A DNA stretch of 64,000 nucleotides. It comes from Hormoscilla sp. GTDB taxonomy: Bacteria > Cyanobacteriota > Cyanobacteriia > Cyanobacteriales > Desertifilaceae. Shown in pieces: positions 44,101-53,100 of this stretch (position 1 is its first letter; every line of letters starts with the position of its first letter). The DNA is taken from assembly GCA_051439505.1 (NCBI GenBank), contig JBFRWI010000151.1, forward strand, positions 1 through 64,000. Reading direction: 5' to 3'. Below the pieces are notes generated by a model that was not told where the DNA came from, made no database searches, and worked only from the letters and a program-made list of their open reading frames with translations. Position numbers and translations under genes: made by a program.

Positions 44101-47100
44101 CTGATGAGGAAGGGATGGCCGAATTCCAACTGAAGACAGAAGAGTCCTTTCTGCTAAGGAATGTAAATATTGGCAGTACTAGCCGACTGGCCTTTACGGA
44201 CATAGATTCTGACGGGGATGTAGATGCCTTTGTTGGCAGCGGTGAGGGCTACGTGACCTTTTACGAAGGGGGTATCGGACAAATCCTGATTCCCGAAGAG
44301 GCAACTGAGGTCACGGTAGACCTGAACGAACTGATTATAGATGATGCGATCGCCGAAAACACCGAAACATTTGACATAGAACTCCTGGCGCACATCGGCA
44401 AAGCGACCCTAAGGGTGGTCCGCAATTATAACCCCACGGATGGTACGATCGGACTGCAACTGACGGACGAAGACAATGCATTAGCCTCTACAAGCTATAC
44501 CATTCCAGCAGGATCCCATCTGAGCTTTACCGTGGGAGGGGAGATAGTAACCATAGCGCCAGTGTCCGATGTTACCCTCACCCAAGACACCCAATTCGAT
44601 ATCGAAGTAACGGTGTCCGAAGGGGATGCCACGAGTCTAAGCGCGAATTCCAGTAACCCCATCACGACGGTCTTCGATGTCACGGACTACGAAGTTGACG
44701 AAACAGCCAAGACCCTCTCGGTGACGATCCTAGACGACGACGAAGCCCTTGTTAATATCAGCGAAACGAGCTTCACCACGAGTGAAAATGGAACAACATC
44801 AAGCAGCTTTACGGTGACTCTGGACAGCGAACCGACGGAACCAGTCACGGTTTACCTGGGCACGAACGATACCAGTGAAGGACTCTTAGCCCAAACAGTG
44901 GATTTGCAAATCACTGAAGCCTACGACTCTAGCACCGGTGAAATCGGCTTGCGGATAGACAACTCCGGCATCTACGGCCTGGTATTTGATGCGGGTAGCA
45001 CCCTAGTCTTTGGCGATGGCAGCACGGCGACAGTGAGTGAAACGACGATCGTCTACAACTCCGACGAAGGAGCAGATGTGCCGATAACAGGGGATAGCGC
45101 CGATCTGACTAATATCGCTAGCCTGGCAGAAGAAGATGACACGGGCAGCCTTGTAGGGGAGTTGGATGTCACGGGCAGCCTTGTAGGGGAGTTGGTGGAA
45201 CTCGGCTTTGACGCCACGAACTGGGATGAGGCCCAAACAGTCACCATCATCGCTCAAGATGACGACGTGGAGGATGGCGATATCTCCTACGAGATCCGCA
45301 GTACCGTTGTCAGTGCTGACATCAAGTATCACGAAGATACGGTGCCCCTGGAAGTATTGGCCTACGATGCCAGTACGGCCACGGTAACGGTGCAGATCGA
45401 TAGCCTGCGGGTGCGCGAGACTACCCTGGCAGCGGGCACCTCTTTGAAGTTCGCCAACGGCACCATCGCCACGGTCGATAGTGATAGTGCTGTAGAACTG
45501 AGCAATACAAGCTCTACTGAGGTAAGCTTGACTCTGGATACCGCAGCCTTAGGCGCAGGAGCAGTCAGTACGGGATTGGTCAGCAACGCCGACAGCGACA
45601 ACGTCAGTGCTGAGGTGCGGGTCACTCAAGCCTACGATCCCAACACCGGAACCATTGGTTTGGAACTGGTAGATCCGGGGAATCTGCGCCTGGAATACGA
45701 TGCGGGCACCACGATAATCTTTGAGAATGGAGCAACCATTACCCTTGACGACGCGGTCTCCGTGCGCAGCACCAATGAAAAATTAGTCAGCGTTACCCTG
45801 AACGCATCTAATGTCACCATTCCAGTTGGAGAAACCACGCGCTTCACCGAAAGCATCTCCTCAGACATTACGGTCACTAACAGCGATGACGATACGGCAG
45901 GGGTGACGATCGCGATTAACGGGGATGCCTTAGCTGAAGGAGTGGAGAATAATTTCTTCAGCGTGGTGCTGAACAGCGAACCTACTGGAGAGGTAAATCT
46001 GATCCTGAGTCCATCGGACAACGAAATTCAGTTAGAAGACGAATTTGATGGAACGCGCTACACGGCAACCTTTGACGAGACCAATTGGAACATACCTCAA
46101 ACCATTGAGGTAACGGCAGTAGATGACTTTGAAATCGAATACAACCACTCCTCCACCATTACCTTTGACCTGGAAAGTGACGATGATTTCTATAACGAAG
46201 ATAGCCTCGTAGCAGATAAAGAAGTCCAAATCTTCATCGAAGACAACGACTTTCCCGTTGCCAATGTAGAAGCAGTTGCAGGGGCGATCGAAGCGAACGC
46301 CCCGGGGTACTTCGCCATCACCCTTAACCAGGCGGTCTCCGATGACTTTGATAGCACGGGTATCGTCGTCAACTACCGTATTAGCGGCACGGCAGATGCC
46401 GATGGGGATGAAACGAACGAAACCGATGACCTGCAACCGATTTCTGGGTCGGCCCGCATCGCCCCCGGTCAAAGGAGCAGCCCGTTAATTGCTTTCCCGA
46501 TCGACGACTTCAAGGTAGAGGGGGTTGACCTCATTGTTAATAGCGCAGCTACGATTACTAGCGGCGGCGGTGCGATCGAGCTGGAAATAGATGTCTTTCC
46601 CTTCATGGGGAGTTACACTGCCGGGGCAGACACCATCGAGTTGCAACTAGACACCAGTTCAGATGATGAGGTGAAGACGATCCTTTCCGGTGGCACGACC
46701 TTAATCTTGCCTAATGGTGAAGTAACGGTGGCAACGACCGCGATCGTCAGTAACCAAGAGAGCACGATAGTCGAGCTGAGCGAGACTGACAGCAATAGTT
46801 TCTCGGATAGCTCAGTTTACCAGCAGATAGACCTGCCAGCGGGAACTGAATTGAAATTGGGCGATCGCACTGTCAGCGTGAGGGAGGACGCAACCGTCAC
46901 TAACGAAAGCAGCACGTCAGTTACGGTTGAATTTGCCGACGATCTCACCGACGCTCTGGATGTGGCCGATGGTGACACCACTCAATTGCAGGGAGAGATC
47001 GTCACGGTCACCTTAGACAGCGGAGATAACTATGAGATCGGTGATGCTGATTCGGCCAGCATGACGATCCAAGATAATGACAAGCCTGGGGTGCGAATTG

Positions 47101-50100
47101 TGGAAATAGGAGGGGTTACCACAGTTGAAGAAGGAGCCTCATCTGGCAGCGAGTTCTTTGTTTCCCTGCTGAGTCAACCCGAAAGCGAGGTCGAACTCAC
47201 CCTCAGCAACAGTACTAGCAATAGCGCCAATCTCAATGTTCTCAGCTATGACGGCTCGAATATCGCGCTACAAGTCGCAGATACAGAGGATATAAGTGCC
47301 CTCACTCTCCCCGTTGACGCCACTTTAACCTTCTTTGATAGCAGCGGTAGCGAGTTGGGCACGGGCACCATTGACAACGAGTTTTTCGTTGATGACACCG
47401 ACGAAGGTACGACAGACGAAGCGACAGAGACCTTAACCACCAGCGACGATCTCAGCACTGCCTCTACTGCCACCTACAGCTACACCGAGTTTTCATTCCC
47501 AGAGGGAAATGACAATGATAGTGATGACATCAACGAGGAAATCACTCTCACCTTCGATTCCACGAACTGGTACGAACTCCAGTCAGTGACGGTGTTTGGA
47601 GAAGATGATAACGTCGTGGAAACCGGAGATTTTCATACTAGCAACATCGAGTACTCTGCCACCGGAGATCCCACATACGCAAATCTCACTATTGCCGACC
47701 AAAGCATCCGGATAATCGATCGGGTCTTGGAGAAAGAACAAACGATCGAGGCCCTAGCGGAAGGGTTCCTAGCAGTGCAAGACACCCTGGATAATCTGGA
47801 ATTGCCGATCGTGGGCCAGATGGGGGTATTCGGTATCTTTGACGAATTTTTGAACGAACTGGTGGATGCCTTAGAGGCACAAGAATATATCACCGCAGAT
47901 GTTCTGGCTGAAACTATAGGGGATACGATCACCGCTCAGTTGGGGGTAGACGAACTGACAGTTGAAGTGACAGACCTTTCCGACACGAATGTCGCTTTGC
48001 TGCTCAGCTATGAGGATACTCTGGAAGAGGCGATCGCCCTAGATACGGACCTGGGCCTGCCAGCATTAGGACTGGGGATTGAAACTAGCGGGGATCTGGA
48101 ACTGACCCTGGACTACGACCTAGACCTGGCCTTTGGCATCAACAGCGACGATGGGTTCTATCTGGATATTTATAGTGAGGAAACTGACGAAGATAACGAT
48201 GGCGAAACGGACAATGTGGGGACAAGCTTGACCGCCAACGCATCCCTGGCCCTGAGTAATGAATTTACGGCCACGGGCAACATGGCATTCCTACAGGTGG
48301 ATTTTGCCAACGGTCTTGACAGTGGTAACTCTACCTCAGGTACAAATATCAGTGCCGAGATCGATGCTAGCTTCCAGAATCCCAACAATGCCAACGACAA
48401 AACCCTGACCTTGAGCGAACTGACGGATTTACGCGGCACGAGCAACATTTTCGACTTCCTCCAGTATGAATTGGATGGAAGTGCCGCCATAGACTTCCTC
48501 GTGACCACCTCCGTAGAAGGGGATACCCAGTTCCCCTCTCTCAGCTTCAACTTGGAGTCAGAACTGAACCCGTTGTTCAATGCCGCTAACAACTCAGAGA
48601 CCTCAACTCTCAGCGAGTTCACGATTGACTTCACTGAGATCCAAATGGACTTCGGCGAATTCATTTACAACATGGTGGGTCCGATAATTACAGATGTCAA
48701 CGACTTCCTGGATGAGTCGGGTCTGGTGGACGTGATTGAGTTCCTAACCGAGGAGATCTCCCTCATAGAAACCCTGGATCTGGTAGATGACTTCGATCGG
48801 GACGATGACGGTGGGGTGAACGTGCTGGAACTGGCCCTGACGATCGTGGAAGCAACATCGGATCTGGAGGATCCGAAATATCAGGAGTTCTTTGATGCGG
48901 TACTGCTGATCGCAGACACGGCGGACCTGATCGTAGATACCCTGGAAAATTTTGAGAACGAGGGAGCTATTTTACTGAACTTCGGCGAGTATTCTTTTGA
49001 CTTCAATGCAGCAGACTCTAATAACGACACCAGCAGCCTAGATCCAGAAGAGGAACAGAAAGAAGAGGATACTTTAAACGACACTGCCCTGTCAACAGCG
49101 GAAGACGACCTCGAAAACTCAACCGAGAACGACTCTCTGTTCGAGGTGTTCGACAAGATGGATGAACTGGGAATCAGCTTCCCTCTATTGGAAGACCCCT
49201 TCACCATCATCAATCTCTTCTTCGGCCAAGATGTAGACCTGGTGACCTACGACGTGCCCGAACTCGACCTAGAGTTTCCCTTGTCAGCAGAATTTCCGAT
49301 TTTCACGGGCATCAATGGTGTTTTGGAAGGAAGTCTGGCAGTGTCCTCAGATCTGGAAGTTGGGTTTGATACCTTTGGCTTTAGTCAATGGGAAGAGACC
49401 GGGTTTGACATCGAAGATTCCTACCTGATACTGGACGGGATCTACCTGAACGATCTCGACGACGAGGGCGAAGACGTGCCGGAGTTGGAATTGAATGCGA
49501 CGATCGCAGCGGGGGTAGAGGTAAATGCAGTGGTGGCGAGCGTTAAAGCTACTGGCGGACTGGAAGGGTCAGCGGAATTAGATGTAGTTGATGAAGGGCA
49601 ATATACCGGCCAAAGCGATGGGAAATTCCGCATCTCAGAGCTGGTGAACGGTTTGAGTAACCCCCTATCCTTGTTGGAACTTTCCGGGGAACTGGCAGCC
49701 TTCCTGCGGTTGGTGGTGAAAGTAGGGATTGATGTGGGTTTATTCGAGGTCACGAAAAAAGTTTTGGATGAAGAACTGGCGCGGGTAACTCTGTTTGAAT
49801 TCACCCTGGGTGGAGATACGACGAGTGGAGATTCATCGGGCAGTTACATTGCCGATGGGACAGTATTTTTTGATGGCAACTTCAACCAGAAATTGGACCC
49901 CACCGAACCCTTTACCACCACGGATGCCTACGGTCACTACGTCTTGGAAATTCCCCCATCCTTCGATCTCAACTCCGATGGCGTTATAGACGAGATCGAC
50001 GGTCAACTGGTATCGAGGGGCGGGGTGGATAGTTCTAGCGGGGTATCGGCAGGCACCTTAATAGCCCTGCCGGGTTCGACAATTATTTCTCCCCTCACGA

Positions 50101-53100
50101 GTCTGAAGGCAGAACTATATCAACTGGATCTGGATCCCGATGCAGCAGAAACCCTGGTCTTAAATCAACTGGGACTAGAAGGCATCATCGATCTAGATAG
50201 TTTCGACGCCCTGGAAGCGGTCGGATCTAACGAAGAACTGGGTCTGGATACCTATCTAAATCACGTCAAAATCCAAGCCCTATTTAACAATGCCCGTGGT
50301 TTTTTGCACGGCCTGCAACAAGCTGACCCCACCCTGGCAGTAGATGGCAACAACCTGCAAAATGTTCTCGAAGCAGTTGCTCAGTTCTTTATCGATCGCC
50401 CGGCCACGGAACCATGGGATCTCAATGATATGGCAGAGGTGCGGCCTTTCTTCCAGTTCCTGGTCGATCGCAATGAGGTTTCAGCAACAGCAGCACAGAT
50501 TGATGCTATAACTCAAATCGTCACTGACAGCAACAGTTTCCTAGATGAAGCTACCGCCGTCGCCCAACCCTTGGGTTTAACCAGTACCATCCCGGTTATA
50601 GCTTCGGTCAAGCGGGTCATGCAAGGAGATTTACCCGCGATCGCGCGACAATTGGGCAACGGCAACTTTACCCCCCCAGATGCCCTGGCAGAATTCGACA
50701 GCACGATAAATCAAAACTACGTGCTGGTGGATGCAGACATCAACGCCTTTGGCAACCGCAGCGTGGATATTACGGTGGATGCAGACAGCGTCAACGAAAA
50801 TGAAGGGGCGATCGCTCAATTTAGCATCAACCTGAGCGATCCGGCTCCCAATCAGGGATTGAACCTATTCTATGCCATCGACGGCACGGCATCTGAGGGC
50901 CAAGACTATGACTTGCCAGGCACTGGGACGGGTCAACTGTTCGTGGCCCCTGACGAAACCCAGGTCACCATTGACGTGACCATCTTAGATGACAATGCCT
51001 CGAAAGGATTGGAAGCTTTAACCTTAACTCTGGTGACCGTGGGAGAAGGTTACCTGATCGATCCCTTGGGAAGCAGCGCCACTCTGCGCATCATCGATGA
51101 CGAACCACCGCTAGAAGAATCCCTGCTGGATCTGAGCGATGTGATAGAAGGGACGATCGGCAATGATAACTTAACAGGAACAGAAGATTCAGATTGGCTT
51201 GACGGCAAAGAGGGCAATGATGAGATCGCGGGGGAAGGCAGCAGCGATTTGATCTTCGGCGGCTATGGTTTGGATATATTGAGCGGTGGTGACGGCAATG
51301 ACGTAATTCTGGGCCACTATGGGGACGATAGCCTGTTCGGAGAAGCAGGGGACGACGAACTGCGAGGTGGTTCGGGGGGAGATTTCCTAGATGGAGGGCC
51401 CGATAATGACATTATCAATGGCTTAGAAGGACCCGATCGGCTGTTTGGGCGTTCCGGCGCCGATCGGCTGATTGGGGGTCAAGCGATCGATCTGTTAGAC
51501 GGCGGTTTCGACAACGATATACTCGAAGGGGGTTCCGGTGCCGATCTGATAATTGGCGGTCCGGGAGACGATCTGTTCATTGGCGGGGACGACAACGATT
51601 TGTTCGTGCTCAACTTACCCAACCAAGGGTTCGATCGCATATTCGACTTTGACCCTGATGAAGGGGATGTGATTTATATAGTCGATTCCAGTTCCACCGT
51701 GACCCTCGACCAGTTGCGCTTCGTGAATGGAATCTTGGATCTAAACGGAGAGAATCTGGCGTTGATCCAAAATGAAGACCAAACCTATGCCTTCTTCCCG
51801 AATTTAGAGGGGATAATTCAGATTGTATCTGAGTTGCCACCTGTACCGACCAATCCAGGTGGACCGGGTGGTCCCGGACAAGGTGGTCCCGGACAAGGTG
51901 GTCCCGGACTTCAACCCCAGGTTGCCGATAAAGTTGTCACCGAAGGGCTAGCAGATGACCCGGCGGACCTCAGTCAAGACCTGTTGACCCAAATATTAGA
52001 TCGGGGCTGGGTGCGAGTGGCCATTACCGAATTCACCAATGGCTACAACCGGGAATTAGCATCAGGATTAGCAGCAGCTTTATTTGGCGACCCAACTGCT
52101 ATAGAATTCGCGATCCTCCCGGAAACAGAAATCTTGGCAGCGGTAGCGTCGGGCCACGTAGATATCTCCTACGAACTCTTCACTCCTACTCTGGAAAGTG
52201 ATGCCGCTGAGGGCATAGATTTTGGCCCCAACGTCTTCTACAACAGCCAGGTAATTCTCTTTAAGCCCGATGCTGGCATTACCGATGCTTTTGACTTAGA
52301 GGGCAAAAATATGGGCATAGTGCGAGACTCAGCAGGTTTAAGGGAACTGAATCAACTGTTGAGTGACAATTCTATTAATGCCAATCCGATCTTCTTTGAC
52401 TCCCTCGACGATTTGGTGAGGGCTTATGATGATGGAGAGGTAGACGCGATCGTCCAAGACTATGAGAGCCTGCGACGCTTTAATACCTTCAGCAATGCAA
52501 ATTCTTTCAACTTCCTGGATTTAGATCTAGCGGTGGAGCCCAAGGCCCCAGTCATAGCCGAAAATCAATCGCCATGGGCGGACGTGGTGCGATGGGTTTC
52601 TCAAGTGCCAAGTCAGGCAGAAGAACTAGATATCTTCTCGCGCAACCTGGAACGCTTTGTCTCTAACAGTACCGACGATCGCATTCGTCGTTTCCTCGGT
52701 AACAGCGGTAACTTGGGAGAACAGTTGGGCGTCCGCTCCGACTTTGCCTTCCAGGTACTAGATGCTGTAGGGAATGCCGAAGACTTGTTTATCGATCGCT
52801 TTGACATCCGCCACCGCAACCGCAATCATCTATGGATTAACGATGGTTTGGTGTATGGGGCTCCCTTCTCGGACACCGACCAGACAGGAGAGTTGTTAGA
52901 CAATGACTCGCGCGATGTCCTGGCAGAAGTGCGGGCCCGAGGAAGGGTCAACTTTGGGATAGTGGGCGATCGCGTGGGCTTCTCTGCCGAGGCCAACGGC
53001 GAACTGACGGGATTTGATGTTGACTTGGGCAAAGCACTGGCCGCCGCCGTATTTGGCGATGCTACCGCTGTCGAATTTATCGAGCAGGGTGTTAATTCGG

